From Candidatus Poribacteria bacterium (GTDB taxonomy: Bacteria; Poribacteria; WGA-4E; PCPOR2b), in the NCBI GenBank assembly GCA_965208675.1, contig OZ242351.1:3968001-4032000 (forward strand): a stretch of 64,000 bases of DNA. Reading direction: 5' to 3'. Shown here one piece after another: positions 10,862 to 21,584 of this stretch (its first letter is position 1; each line of letters begins with the position of its first letter). Both the position numbers and the translations under genes were made by a program. The notes under the pieces were generated by a model that was not told the origin of the DNA, did not search any database, and saw only the letters and a program-made list of their open reading frames with translations.

Positions 10862-11174
10862 TTAAATTCCTCTTTCAAACTGGGAATCTTCAATCAACAC
10901 TGCACAATAATTGTTGTAAGGGTGTTCAGTCTGTTGGCACTATTTCCTGTGCTTGCGTAACAAAAAGAAAATACGACGGTAGCAAACAAGGGTGGGATCA
11001 AACTGCAGTCGGTTGGCTGCGCGGTATTATGGACTTGTCCGCTTTCAAATTCGGTCAGCGCAGGACAGTTTAAGAACAACTGAACGGCAAAATTCAAGTT
11101 GTGTGATTGCAGGCTTCTGATGGTCTGGCGGTGCACGTTAACCCAATCCACTCAATTGTGAAATCATTATGATG

Positions 11175-13625
11175 CTATTTGAGCAATATCATCCGCCTCA
11201 ACGCGGTATAATCCCCGGCATCGAGTTGGTATGGATATACGCCGCTTGTGACTATTTCACCGTCTTCGTTGCGGCCGTCCCAATATACCGCCTTTTCTCG
11301 ACTGTCGTAACTGCCCGAAATCTGGTGTCCAATTTCCATCGTACGTACTACACGGCCGCTTTGGTCATAAATGGTTAGCGTGACGAAAGCGTCGTCCTCC
11401 AACTGGTACGGTATCCATGTTTCAGGGTTGAAAGGATTGGGATAATTTTGAAGCAAGGCGGTTCGCTTAATGTCGCCTAGCGTCGTCAGGCGGTGGCCCA
11501 ATGGTTCAACCGCAACACCTTCGGGAATGATGGCTGAAGGGAGTTCCCACAGGAATACTGTGCCGTCCGAACTCCCACTTGCGAGTGTATTGCCATCGCG
11601 ACTAAAAGCGATACTACGCACCGCGCCCGCATGCCCTGCAAGTATCGCTTTTTGCTCACCAGTTCTTGCGTCCCAAAGCCGCACTGTCGACTCGTCTGTG
11701 CTTGCAGTAGCGAGCGTGTTGCCGTCGGGACTGAACGCGACACTATAGACTGAAGTCGTATGCTTCGCGAGTTTGAGTTTCTGATTCCCAGTTCTTGCAT
11801 CCCAAAGCCGAACCGACTCGTTCCAACTACCCGTGGCGAGCGTGTTGCCGTCGGGGCTGAAGGCGATGCTATAAATTGCGGATGTGTGGTTCGTAAACGT
11901 GCGCTTGAACTCCCCAGTTTTCGCATCCCAAAGCCGCACGGTTCGGTCTGTACTCCCTGTGGCGAGCGTGTTGCCGTCGGGACTGAACGCGACGCCATAA
12001 ACTGCGGACTTGTGTGCATCGAGTGTGGCTATGTGTTCCCTGGTGTTGACGTCCCAAAGCCGCGCCGTACTCCCGGTACCCCCTGCAGCGAGCGTGTTGC
12101 CGTCGGGACTGAACACGACGCTATGGACCGAGCCGTAATCTTCCGTGAGCGTGGCTATGTCCTGCCCTGTCTTGACATCCCAAAGCCGTATAGAGCGGTC
12201 TGAGCTCGCTGTAGCCAGAGTGTTACCATCGGGGCTAAACGCAACAATATAGACCGCGTGCGTGTCTCCCGTGTATATGGTTTTCTGTTGCCCTGTCCTG
12301 ACATCCCACAGCTGCACGGAGCGGTCGGAACTCCCAGTGGCGAGCGTGTTACCATCGGGGCTGAACGTAACACTGTAGATTGGAGCAGTAAAACCCGTGA
12401 TTGAAGCTTTGTGATGGCCGGTTCTTGCATCCAACAGCCGCACAGAGCGGTCGGAACTCTTTGCGGCAAGCGTGTTGCCGTTTGGATTGAACCTAACTCT
12501 ATAGGACTGGCCGCTAAATCCCGTCAATGTTGCTATGTGCTGTCCTGTGTTTACATTCCACAGCCGCGCAGTATCGTCGTTACTTTCAGTTGCGAGGGTA
12601 TTGCCATCCGGACTGAATTCTACGCGGCGGACTGTATGTGCATGCCCTGTCAGAGTTCCTAAGTGCTGCCCTGTGTTTATATTCCACAGCCGTGCGGTAT
12701 CGTCCTTACTTGCCGTGGCTAGAGTGTTGCTATCGGGGCTGAACGCAACATCAAGGACTGAGTATGCATGCCCCGTGAGCGTTGCTAAGTGTTGACCCGT
12801 GTTTACGTTCCACAGCCGTGCAGTATCGTCGTCACTTCCGGTTGCGAGAGTGTTGCCATCGGGGCTGAACACCACGCTAAGGACTGGCTGTGCGTGCCCC
12901 GTGAGCGTTGCTAAGTGTTGTCCTGTGTTTACATTCCACAGCCGCACTGTAGGATCGGCACCTCTGGTAGCAAGGGTATTGCCATTGCGGTTGAACGTGA
13001 AATATGCCCGGCCGGTATGGCCCGCGAGAGTTGCTATGGGTTGTCTTGTGTTTACATTCCATAACCGCACTGTGTGATCGGAACTGCTAGTGACGAGGGA
13101 GTTCCCGTTGGGACTAAATGCAACAGACACTGCCTCGTTATGCCCTGTGAGAGTTGCAATGTGTTGTCCCGTTCTTGTGTCCCACAGCCGCGCGGTTTTG
13201 TCCCTGCTTCCGGTAGCCAGCGTATTGCCATCAGGGCTGAACGCGACATTGAAGACCCAACCCGTATGCCCCGCGAGAGTAGCAATGTGTTGCCCTGTGT
13301 TGGCATTCCACAACCTGGCCGTTTTGTCCCGACTCGCACTAGCGACAGTGTTGCCATCGGGACTAAACGCTGCACCAAAAACTCTGGATTTATGCCCAGC
13401 GAGTAGAGCGGTCTCTTGATACGTTGCCGTATCGTAGAGCCATATTCCGGGACCGCTAACAACCGCAAACCGGGTTCCATCCGGAGAATACGAGATATTA
13501 GAAATCCACCCTTTACCGAAGCGTGCTTTGGCACCCTCAGGCAAGTTCAATTGCTGGAAACCTTGGGCGGAGGCATTCGTTGAAAACAAGGTTATAGCGA
13601 TAAACAACGTCAAGGTGTTTTTCAT
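11175..13625 (-). CDS. Secreted WD40-repeat protein with C-terminal FlgD-Ig/T9SS-type-A-like domain
   Basis: Signal peptide, about 15 repeats of GH..VAFSPDGNTLATGSxDxTVRLW, then AVEPLGHRLTTLGDIK, LLQNYPNPFNPETWIPYQL and YWDGRN. Confidence 0.92.
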   Translation of the reverse strand: MKNTLTLFIAITLFSTNASAQGFQQLNLPEGAKARFGKGWISNISYSPDGTRFAVVSGPGIWLYDTATYQETALLAGHKSRVFGAAFSPDGNTVASASRDKTARLWNANTGQHIATLAGHTGWVFNVAFSPDGNTLATGSRDKTARLWDTRTGQHIATLTGHNEAVSVAFSPNGNSLVTSSSDHTVRLWNVNTRQPIATLAGHTGRAYFTFNRNGNTLATRGADPTVRLWNVNTGQHLATLTGHAQPVLSVVFSPDGNTLATGSDDDTARLWNVNTGQHLATLTGHAYSVLDVAFSPDSNTLATASKDDTARLWNINTGQHLGTLTGHAHTVRRVEFSPDGNTLATESNDDTARLWNVNTGQHIATLTGFSGQSYRVRFNPNGNTLAAKSSDRSVRLLDARTGHHKASITGFTAPIYSVTFSPDGNTLATGSSDRSVQLWDVRTGQQKTIYTGDTHAVYIVAFSPDGNTLATASSDRSIRLWDVKTGQDIATLTEDYGSVHSVVFSPDGNTLAAGGTGSTARLWDVNTREHIATLDAHKSAVYGVAFSPDGNTLATGSTDRTVRLWDAKTGEFKRTFTNHTSAIYSIAFSPDGNTLATGSWNESVRLWDARTGNQKLKLAKHTTSVYSVAFSPDGNTLATASTDESTVRLWDARTGEQKAILAGHAGAVRSIAFSRDGNTLASGSSDGTVFLWELPSAIIPEGVAVEPLGHRLTTLGDIKRTALLQNYPNPFNPETWIPYQLEDDAFVTLTIYDQSGRVVRTMEIGHQISGSYDSREKAVYWDGRNEDGEIVTSGVYPYQLDAGDYTALRRMILLK

Positions 13626-13932
13626 GGATAGTTCTCCAATTTGGAAAGTTGGCTGCCATCTGTTGCATGTGAAGTTTCTTCAGAAAAATTCGTGCAGACA
13701 GTTGGAAATGAATTTCCTACCTCGACAAAACGTTCCTAATAGTCCTCCGATATTGCGGCATGTAATTCATTATAGGACCAAAAAACGGGCGCAGGTTTTG
13801 TGATTCAACGCAAACGGGATGCAACTATGGGCGGATTACATCTACCAAGCCATCACAATTCATTGCAAAACTACCAAAAGTAATGTACATTTCTCGCGTT
13901 TCTCGGAAATAACCGATGTGGCAAACCCTCGA

Positions 13933-14574
13933 TTACCGGCTTCTAACCATAACTTGGGAGGCGTGAGTTGCGGTGAGGTATTTTGACAAAACGGAACGCA
14001 CCTTTACGTCGGTATACGCTAACCCCGGTGCAACTAGTAAACATTTACCAGATGCCCACTTACTTTCGAAATCAGAATAGTCTTCCCGCCTTGGCCTGAG
14101 ACGCTTTGGATCCGTTGTCCGTGAAGGCGCGTTCGCTATATTTGTCAGTTGAATTTCCTCGACATCATCGTCGTAACCAATGAGTACCCACGGCTGTCGT
14201 TCACTTCGTAACAACACCACCGGTGTCCAGCCAGCCGCAACAAATCCCTTCAAAATATCCAAATCGCAATTGGATACCAGACTGAGATTATCAACTTGGC
14301 TTTTTGCCCTCGCAAACAGATCGTCAATGCGGGAAGTGGCAGGTGGGTTCCTGAAAACAGTTTTTAACAACGGCATCCTTACAAGTTCCACTACTGCCGT
14401 CCGAGGCAATGATGTACTTGACGACGCCTGTGAACTTTTTGATACGGGGGTTTTCGACGCCGTAGGCGATGCGGTCGGGATATACCTGGCGCCTTTCTGC
14501 GGTGCTGGGCCGCACCCGGCTAGTAAGATACTTAACGTAAGAATTGACGTAAGATAAACAAATCGAAATTTCAT
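13933..14574 (-). CDS. Hypothetical lipoprotein
   Basis: MKFRF...LLAGC lipobox; GAGGAG RBS before ATG 14574 (ORF open from 14607). Confidence 0.7.
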   Translation of the reverse strand: MKFRFVYLTSILTLSILLAGCGPAPQKGARYIPTASPTASKTPVSKSSQASSSTSLPRTAVVELVRMPLLKTVFRNPPATSRIDDLFARAKSQVDNLSLVSNCDLDILKGFVAAGWTPVVLLRSERQPWVLIGYDDDVEEIQLTNIANAPSRTTDPKRLRPRREDYSDFESKWASGKCLLVAPGLAYTDVKVRSVLSKYLTATHASQVMVRSR

Positions 14575-14940
14575 GATTCTCTCCTCTCGGTGTTGGATGG
14601 CCGGCATGGCCGCGTTTGAGAATGATACGCAGCTAGCCGGCGCGTGAACATTTCAATTTGCACAATTCACTTTCCGATTTGTTTTCACCGCTGGTGGGGT
14701 GAAACGGCCAACTCTTCCCCCAGATTCCGATGCTGGGTTTGCCGCCAACATGCGGTGGAAAACGTGTACAGAGCAACATGAAACAGACAAAACGGTTTTG
14801 GCGAAGTGTCATCTTTCACAATAGCTGGGCATGCCGTAAAATCGAAGCCAACCTAGTCGCCGTGCTTCACGTTAAAATTTCTCTGCCTCGTTAGGGTTCT
14901 ATCAACTTTCAGTTTCCCAAGAATGATGACCCTACCAATA

Positions 14941-14970
14941 AATATATCACCCTGTGGATGACGATGTCAA
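14941..14970 (-). promoter_or_regulatory. Putative sigma70 promoter
   Basis: Minus strand TTGACA-18 nt-TATATT. Confidence 0.5.
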
Positions 14971-15199
14971 CCTAAAACCCGACGCTGATGTGGGTTAGGA
15001 TTATTTTCTGTGGTACCATTGAATATTCGGTGTCCTGAATGTGGCCGCATCCAGCATTAAAGCGTCAAAGCCTAACACATTTTTGGTTTTACCTCTCGAC
15101 AATTGTGGGTCTTTTTCACGAAGATATGCGAATTTAAATGGAACTGTCGGGGTGGATAATACCAAGTTTAAATTCAATCTGGCGGACTGTGTGGTGGAT

Positions 15200-16348
15200 T
15201 CATTCAGGATCTCTGACATAAACACGCCGCACGCGGTTGCCAATTCCCGTTAAAATCTCATAAGAAATTGTCCCAGCCCGCGCGGCGACTTGGTCGGCGG
15301 TTATCTCTTCAGTGCCTTGAATTCCAATCAGTACCGCTTCATCTCCGATAGACACGTTACCGGGCGAATCAATTTCAAATACGGTTTCATCCATGCAGAT
15401 TTCCCCCGCACTTCGTCTGCGGATGCCGCCGATTAGGGCTTCTCCTAGGTTGGACAATGACCGCGTATAACCATCGGCATATCCAACTCGTAAAGTCGCG
15501 AGCCGCATCGGCCGGCTGGTTTTGTAAGTACGTCCATAGCCTACACTTTCACCGGGGCCCGCCTCCTGCACGTGCATGACACGCGACTTCCAGGTCAGCG
15601 ACGGTCTCAGGCAAGTCGCACGCGGCGCACCTGTAACGGTGTGGTCAGGTATGGGATAAATTCCATATAAACTCAAGCCGACGCGCACAGCATCAAAATG
15701 AGCGTCAGGAAGCTTCAGTGTAGCCGCGCTGTTGGCGGCATGTACCATCGGGGGACGAAGATTGAGCTGAGAGAGTTCGTAGATCACGGACTTAAAGCGG
15801 TCCAATTGCAAGTGTGAATAGCTTATGTCCGTTTCGCCGGCTGTCGCAAAATGTGTGAAGAGTCCCTCAACCACAATGCCGCTTAGCGATGTTAGCCATT
15901 GGACAAAACGAGCAGCGTCCGTATATCGTACCCCGCCGCGATTCATGCCCGTGTCCACATCGACATGCACCCTAACGTTCTGGTTCAATGTTCGTGCAAA
16001 ATAAAACAATTTTTTGCAAAGAGTAGATTCACACACGGAAGGTATGAGTTGATACCGGACAATTGCCTCAGCTTCATCGGCGGCAGCGTTGAAAAGCACG
16101 AGAATCGGTTTCTCGATGCCGGCATCACGCAACTCAATCGCCTCTTCAACCGTTGCAACGGCAAACATCTCTGTTTCGTCCCGTAGCGTCTGAGCAACAG
16201 GAATTGCCCCGTGCCCATACGCATCCGCTTTGAGGACGGCAATTAACTTTACCGCGGAAGAGATTTCGCCGCTGCGCCGGATGAATTTTTGAATTGCCTG
16301 TGCATTCGATTTAATCGCTGTGAGATTTACTTCAACCCATGTTGTCAT
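15200..16348 (-). CDS. alr: Alanine racemase
   Basis: AVLKADAYGHG, DTGMNRGG, HAANSA, VGYGRT, GYADG, GTISYE. Confidence 0.96.
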   Translation of the reverse strand: MTTWVEVNLTAIKSNAQAIQKFIRRSGEISSAVKLIAVLKADAYGHGAIPVAQTLRDETEMFAVATVEEAIELRDAGIEKPILVLFNAAADEAEAIVRYQLIPSVCESTLCKKLFYFARTLNQNVRVHVDVDTGMNRGGVRYTDAARFVQWLTSLSGIVVEGLFTHFATAGETDISYSHLQLDRFKSVIYELSQLNLRPPMVHAANSAATLKLPDAHFDAVRVGLSLYGIYPIPDHTVTGAPRATCLRPSLTWKSRVMHVQEAGPGESVGYGRTYKTSRPMRLATLRVGYADGYTRSLSNLGEALIGGIRRRSAGEICMDETVFEIDSPGNVSIGDEAVLIGIQGTEEITADQVAARAGTISYEILTGIGNRVRRVYVRDPE

Positions 16349-16729
16349 TGGCGGGAGTTCAAATTCGCAATCAAAGGGTGGAGTGTGGACGACTGTGGTC
16401 GCAGAGGTCTCGCTCGCTATAGTGGCGCGCAGTGCAAGTCTATCACGTGCCGCGGGAACGGGTCAACCGTTTATTCAATGATAAAATAGTTCACGCGCTG
16501 AACGGCAACACGCCGAGGTATCAATGACAGCGGCAACTGTTGATACTCGCAACAGGGAATCGGCTTCAGCCGTGTCTCTGGTAAAAAATCTGTTTGAAAA
16601 GGTACGTCACATCTTTCCCATAATGCCAAGGGAACCATTTATGATTTTTCATTGAATCCTCATACAATTTTACATACAATCATAACGAACGAATTTACAA
16701 AGAGAGTTTGCAAAAATAGGCTTTAATTC

Positions 16730-17656
16730 TTGAACCGCGCGGATTACAGTTCCGGCGCTTTCGTCAATGGTTATCCGCGCCGCGATAAAATACAACTTAT
16801 CCGGCTTCACGGGAACTTCATTATGTCGCTAATTCTAGTCTCCGTGTGCATTATTTTCCTCGGTTGCCAGCCCGCTGATGAGGGTAGTCAGAAAATAGAG
16901 AAACTGAAGCGTGAGGCGATACAGATTCAGTTAGGGCTGAAACTTACGCCGGAAGATGTGCACGGGCACCTTCAGCTCGGTGCTGTCTATCACAAGATGG
17001 GCGAACACGAGAAAGCCATTGAGGAATACCAAAATGCGCTGCGGTTTGACGAGCAGAACGCGCAAGCCCAGAATAATCTAGCCTTGGTTTACATGGACAT
17101 GTTCTTGACAGAGGCAGCTATCGAAGCGTTTCAGAAAGCTATAGAATTGGAGGGGGATAACCCCGCATTTTACAACAACCTCGGTTACGCTCATGATGCC
17201 GACAATCGCTTTGAAAAGGCGGTTGAGGCGTATAAAATGGCAATCGAGTTGGACCCGAAGTTCCAAGATGCCTATTATAACCTAGCATGGGCTTACCACG
17301 CCGAAGCGCAATTTGACGAGGCAATAAGATATTATCAAGGCGCAATCAAGTTGGATACAGGTGATTCGGATGCTCGCTACAATCTCGCTGAAATTTACCA
17401 CGAAACCGGACAACTGAATTTGGCAATTCGTGAGTATGAGCACGTGTTGTCGTTCAGTCCGGATGATCCGGACATTCTTTATCAACTCGCGGCGGTGTAT
17501 CAGAAAAAAGGAGACATCCTAAAAATGAAAAAATATTTGAATCTCTTTTTAGAATATACTGTAGGAATGCCAGATTATGAAGAAAATATCAAGAACGCTT
17601 TACAGATGAAAGAAGCACTAGAGGCAGATAACACCGAAATACAAGTCAATAAGTAA
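16730..17656 (+). CDS. TPR-repeat (lipo)protein
   Basis: About 6 TPR units (NNLG/YNLA); likely start ATG 16823 with an FLGC lipobox. Confidence 0.85.
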   Translation: MNRADYSSGAFVNGYPRRDKIQLIRLHGNFIMSLILVSVCIIFLGCQPADEGSQKIEKLKREAIQIQLGLKLTPEDVHGHLQLGAVYHKMGEHEKAIEEYQNALRFDEQNAQAQNNLALVYMDMFLTEAAIEAFQKAIELEGDNPAFYNNLGYAHDADNRFEKAVEAYKMAIELDPKFQDAYYNLAWAYHAEAQFDEAIRYYQGAIKLDTGDSDARYNLAEIYHETGQLNLAIREYEHVLSFSPDDPDILYQLAAVYQKKGDILKMKKYLNLFLEYTVGMPDYEENIKNALQMKEALEADNTEIQVNK

Positions 17657-17701
17657 TTCGGGATTTTTCAATCAACGTATCGAATTTTAGAAGGCGGGAG
17701 G

Positions 17702-17730
17702 TTGACAGGAATTCAACCCCGTGATATAAT
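17702..17730 (+). promoter_or_regulatory. Consensus sigma70 promoter upstream of the membrane protein-purF-purM operon
   Basis: TTGACA-17 nt-TATAAT. Confidence 0.8.
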
Positions 17731-17800
17731 TTTCTTGTCAATTTGGAATATCCTTCGACGGTTAGCCGATGAAGTCATCTTTCAAATTACGTGAGGTGGT

Positions 17801-18325
17801 ATGTCTCAAAAAAAACCTATCTTTCTTACCATAAGCCAAATTGTGTTGGGTAGTGCCATCGGTTTAGCAAGCGGTTGGGTCTGCCGATTCATTGTAGAAT
17901 CATTAATCTGGGAAGGACTGATTCGCGATGGCGTGCAGCACGGTTTCTGGGTCGGTGTGCTCCTGCTAATCTCCTTTGGGCTCACTTACGGGTGCACTAT
18001 CGCCGGGGTGACTGAAGGTGTTCGGATAGCCGGCCGCTGGTTTGATGTTCTCATAGATCGCAAAAACGCCTATCAAGGGGCGTTCCTCGGGGCGCCTGCA
18101 ATCGTGGCGTTAATGTTGTTGCTTGATATCCATTGGGATATGTTAATCGCCCCCAATTTCCTTGTCTCCCTCCTTTTCGCTGTGGCAAGGGTACTTGTGT
18201 TCATAATATCCCTTCCGATTTACATATTGCTCGAATGGGTGAAATGTCCCCCGGAACTGCTTTACATCTTAGCGCCGCCAATTGGGGCAATTCTAGGTTA
18301 CCGTCTCGATTTGAAACGCACATAA
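17801..18325 (+). CDS. Hypothetical membrane protein
   Basis: 4-5 hydrophobic segments; GAGGTGG RBS. Confidence 0.7.
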   Translation: MSQKKPIFLTISQIVLGSAIGLASGWVCRFIVESLIWEGLIRDGVQHGFWVGVLLLISFGLTYGCTIAGVTEGVRIAGRWFDVLIDRKNAYQGAFLGAPAIVALMLLLDIHWDMLIAPNFLVSLLFAVARVLVFIISLPIYILLEWVKCPPELLYILAPPIGAILGYRLDLKRT

Positions 18326-18419
18326 ACAACGATGTTAATAGCAGAACCAACATAAACTATTCGGTTTGGTTACGATTCAATATTTGAGTCCCCGTTATGG
18401 GGCTGGAGTGTGCCAAAGT

Positions 18420-19901
18420 ATGCAACATATTGACGCCTTTGATGAAGATAAAGCAAGGGACGAGTGTGGCATTTTTGGAATTTTTGGGCATCCTAAAGCG
18501 GCCGAATTAACCTACTTGGGATTGCGCGCCCTTCAACATCGCGGGCAGGAAAGCTCCGGAATTGTCACTTCAGACAATTACACGTTTTCTTCTTACCGTA
18601 ACATGGGGCTTGTTGAGAACGTCTTTGACGCCGAGACATTGGCGAAGCTGACCGGACACATCGCTGTCGGGCACAACCGCTATTCAACCGCGGGCGCAAG
18701 CCATCTTGGAAACACACAACCCCTCACCTGCGAATATAAGCATGGCCCCCTCGCAATTGCACACAATGGCAACCTCGTAAACGCACAGAGGATACGCAAA
18801 GAACTGGAAAACCGCGGCGCAATCTTCAGTTCAACTTCCGATACGGAAGTAATTGCTCACCTCATCGCCCGATCGAAACAAAGCACATTGCAAGACCGCA
18901 TCCTAGATGCGATTGGAGGGATCGATGGCGCATATTCGCTCGCCTTTATGGGGAAATCCAGCCTCATTGGCGTTCGCGATCCCTACGGCTTTCGCCCGCT
19001 GTGGTTGGGGCGGATTGACGATGCGTATATCCTCTCTTCCGAAACTTGCGCATTCGATGTTATTGAAGCTGAACCAATCCGTGAGCTTATCCCTGGTGAG
19101 ATGCTTGTTATCACTGCGGCAAATCAGCAACCCCAATCGTTCCATTTTGGACAGGATTTAAATAACCTGTCACAATGTATCTTTGAATATATTTACCTCT
19201 CGCGTCCCGACAGTGTCGTATTCGGTGAGCTTGTTAACCGTCCGCGGCGTGAGTTGGGGAGACAACTTGCGCGTGAATGCCCGGCGGAAGCAGACATCGT
19301 AATCGGTGTGCCGGATTCAGCGACGCTCGCCGCGCTCGGTTACTCAGAGGAATCGGGAATTCCGTTTGATGTAGGGTTGCATCGAAACTCTTATGTCGGA
19401 CGCGCGTTTATGAACCCCTCTCAAGATATCCGTGAGCTTATGGTCAAGGTGAAACTCAACCCGATTCGAGATGTACTCCAAGGAAAACGGGTTGTGGTGG
19501 TTGATGATTCAATCATGCGCGGTACCGAGAGTCGCAAATTTGTGAAACTAATCCGCCAAGGGGGGGCAGCTGAAGTTCACGTTCGTATATCGTCCCCGCC
19601 AAATAAATTCCCATGTTTCTACGGCGTCGATACACCTACCCGAGGGGAACTCATCGCAAGCTCACACACCATTGATGATATTCGAAAATATATCCGCGCC
19701 GACAGCTTGGGATACCTCAGCATTGAAGGAATGCTCAAGTGTGTGAAGTCTCCTCAAGATTTTTGCACGGCCTGTTTTGATGGTAGCTATCCAGTGGAAT
19801 TCGGCGAACAACCGACTAAACAACTGCCCATTGATTTTGCCAGTGTAAAAGCCTCAAATCAACTCAGTCTTGCGCACAAACCAACCGCACAGAATCAGTA
19901 G
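18420..19901 (+). CDS. purF: Amidophosphoribosyltransferase
   Basis: Propeptide followed by ECGIFG, LQHRGQE, GHNRYST, HNGNL, VVVDDSIMRG, CTACF. Confidence 0.97.
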   Translation: MQHIDAFDEDKARDECGIFGIFGHPKAAELTYLGLRALQHRGQESSGIVTSDNYTFSSYRNMGLVENVFDAETLAKLTGHIAVGHNRYSTAGASHLGNTQPLTCEYKHGPLAIAHNGNLVNAQRIRKELENRGAIFSSTSDTEVIAHLIARSKQSTLQDRILDAIGGIDGAYSLAFMGKSSLIGVRDPYGFRPLWLGRIDDAYILSSETCAFDVIEAEPIRELIPGEMLVITAANQQPQSFHFGQDLNNLSQCIFEYIYLSRPDSVVFGELVNRPRRELGRQLARECPAEADIVIGVPDSATLAALGYSEESGIPFDVGLHRNSYVGRAFMNPSQDIRELMVKVKLNPIRDVLQGKRVVVVDDSIMRGTESRKFVKLIRQGGAAEVHVRISSPPNKFPCFYGVDTPTRGELIASSHTIDDIRKYIRADSLGYLSIEGMLKCVKSPQDFCTACFDGSYPVEFGEQPTKQLPIDFASVKASNQLSLAHKPTAQNQ

Positions 19902-19972
19902 AATCAGATGAGGTATTGAGCCTCAACAATCTCGCGAGCAGTGCTTAAAGCCGAGTTCCCGCATGGAAATCC

Positions 19973-20560
19973 TTGATGCAAGACAGACGTAGATCGAGCA
20001 AAAACCAAGCCGGTGTGTCCCTTCCATTACAGGCGATGTTCGTTAAAAATGTGTCCACTTTCCAAGGAAAGTATACACTTTATGCGGTTGTTATCTGTGC
20101 ATTCATCGGTATAATCTCGCACAAACCCGTAATTTTCTTAATTCAACATTTCAATCCGCCCGCCGCGCTGTTTAGCTTGAATCTAAATTTTCAAAGTGAA
20201 TTGAACAAAGGAGCGGAGATTAAGGATTTACGGTCGGAATTTAGGAAAAACCGTATTTTGCTGTCCTATAACGCTGCCGCTTCGATTAGGAAGAAAGATA
20301 AATCGTGGGTCATCGCCGACCCTCAGAACAAACGGAAATACATCGTAAGGAAAGCGGAGAAGTTGGACATCTACGCTGCCGCGCCCACCCGCGATGTCGC
20401 AAACCTGGCAAGCGCCATTTCGTTTGGAGTATGCGCAGTGCTTTTGATTGTCTCGCTGCTAAAAATGCAGTCGATCGCTTCAGCGATTGAAGCACGGCGC
20501 CTCTTAGCATTTAATCGGCGATTGAAAAAACGAAAGAAATCGAATATTTCCGATGACTAA
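19973..20560 (+). CDS. Hypothetical membrane protein (two TM segments flanking a soluble domain)
   Basis: ORF fills the purF-purM gap and overlaps the purM start; true start uncertain. Confidence 0.6.
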   Translation: MMQDRRRSSKNQAGVSLPLQAMFVKNVSTFQGKYTLYAVVICAFIGIISHKPVIFLIQHFNPPAALFSLNLNFQSELNKGAEIKDLRSEFRKNRILLSYNAAASIRKKDKSWVIADPQNKRKYIVRKAEKLDIYAAAPTRDVANLASAISFGVCAVLLIVSLLKMQSIASAIEARRLLAFNRRLKKRKKSNISDD

Positions 20561-21584
20561 ACAGCGATTGACCTATGCCGACGCGGGGGTATCATTTGAG
20601 GCAAAAGCAGAGGCGTTCAATCGTCTGAAAACACTTTGCCGTTCAACCTACCGTCCGGAAGTTTTAAGCGAAATTGGGAGTTTTGGTGGGCTTTTTGCGC
20701 TCGCCGAATTTGACAAACCAGTGCTTGTGTCAAGCACTGATAGCGTTGGCACAAAACTCAAAATCGCTTTTATGATGGCTGTGCACGATACGGTGGGGTA
20801 CGATATTGTGGCGCACTGTGCCAACGACATCCTCGTACAAGGCGCTGAACCGCTCTTTTTTCTGGACTATATCGGTACCAGCACGCTCCGTCCTGCAGTC
20901 GTCGAGCAAATCGTAAAGGGAATCGCAAAAGGTTGCCGAGAAACCGGCTGCGCGCTAATTGGCGGAGAGACGGCAGAGTTGCCGGATTTCTACGCTGACG
21001 GTGAATACGATCTCGTCGGCACAATAGTGGGGGTCGTCGAGCGTTCCAAGTTGATTACGGGTAGCGAGATTCAACCGGGCGATTGCTTAATCGGTTTGAA
21101 ATCATTCGGATTGCACACCAATGGGTTTTCACTTGCTCGCCATATCCTGTTCGATGTTTGCGGGTATGGCCTCGATCAATACATCCCCGAACTCGGTGTG
21201 ACACTCGGCGAGGAACTGCTCAAGCATCATATAAGCTATGTAAAACCGGTTCTGAATCTGCGGAAGAGGTGGAATGTCAAAGGCATCGCCCACATTACCG
21301 GCGGCGGCTTAGCCGATAACATCACCCGTATTCTACCAAAAAACTGTCGAGCTGAAATCCAAAAGGGATCGTGGGAAATCCCGCCAATCTTCGCCTTTCT
21401 CCAAGAATACGGAAAGGTCGATGAAGCTGAGATGTACCACGTTTTCAATATGGGCATCGGATTGGTATTGGTCATTCCGCTCGATCAAGTCGATTCTGCG
21501 CTCGACGCGCTCAAGGATATGAGTACGTCGCCGTTTCTTATCGGCAAAATACTTCATGGAGAAAAGGAGGTACACATTGTCTGA
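20553..21584 (+). CDS. purM: Phosphoribosylformylglycinamidine cyclo-ligase (AIR synthetase)
   Basis: YADAGV, DSVGTK, GAEPLFFLDY, LIGGETAE, HITGGG, FNMGIG. Confidence 0.97.
   Translation: MTKQRLTYADAGVSFEAKAEAFNRLKTLCRSTYRPEVLSEIGSFGGLFALAEFDKPVLVSSTDSVGTKLKIAFMMAVHDTVGYDIVAHCANDILVQGAEPLFFLDYIGTSTLRPAVVEQIVKGIAKGCRETGCALIGGETAELPDFYADGEYDLVGTIVGVVERSKLITGSEIQPGDCLIGLKSFGLHTNGFSLARHILFDVCGYGLDQYIPELGVTLGEELLKHHISYVKPVLNLRKRWNVKGIAHITGGGLADNITRILPKNCRAEIQKGSWEIPPIFAFLQEYGKVDEAEMYHVFNMGIGLVLVIPLDQVDSALDALKDMSTSPFLIGKILHGEKEVHIV

Noticed and set aside
11470-13534. Many overlapping ORFs and 126-bp DNA periodicity
   Set aside because: Shadow frames of the WD40 repeat gene.
14700-14745. c-di-GMP-I riboswitch-like GGCAAACCC on the minus strand
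   Set aside because: The GNRA tetraloop and second GCAAA motif are absent.
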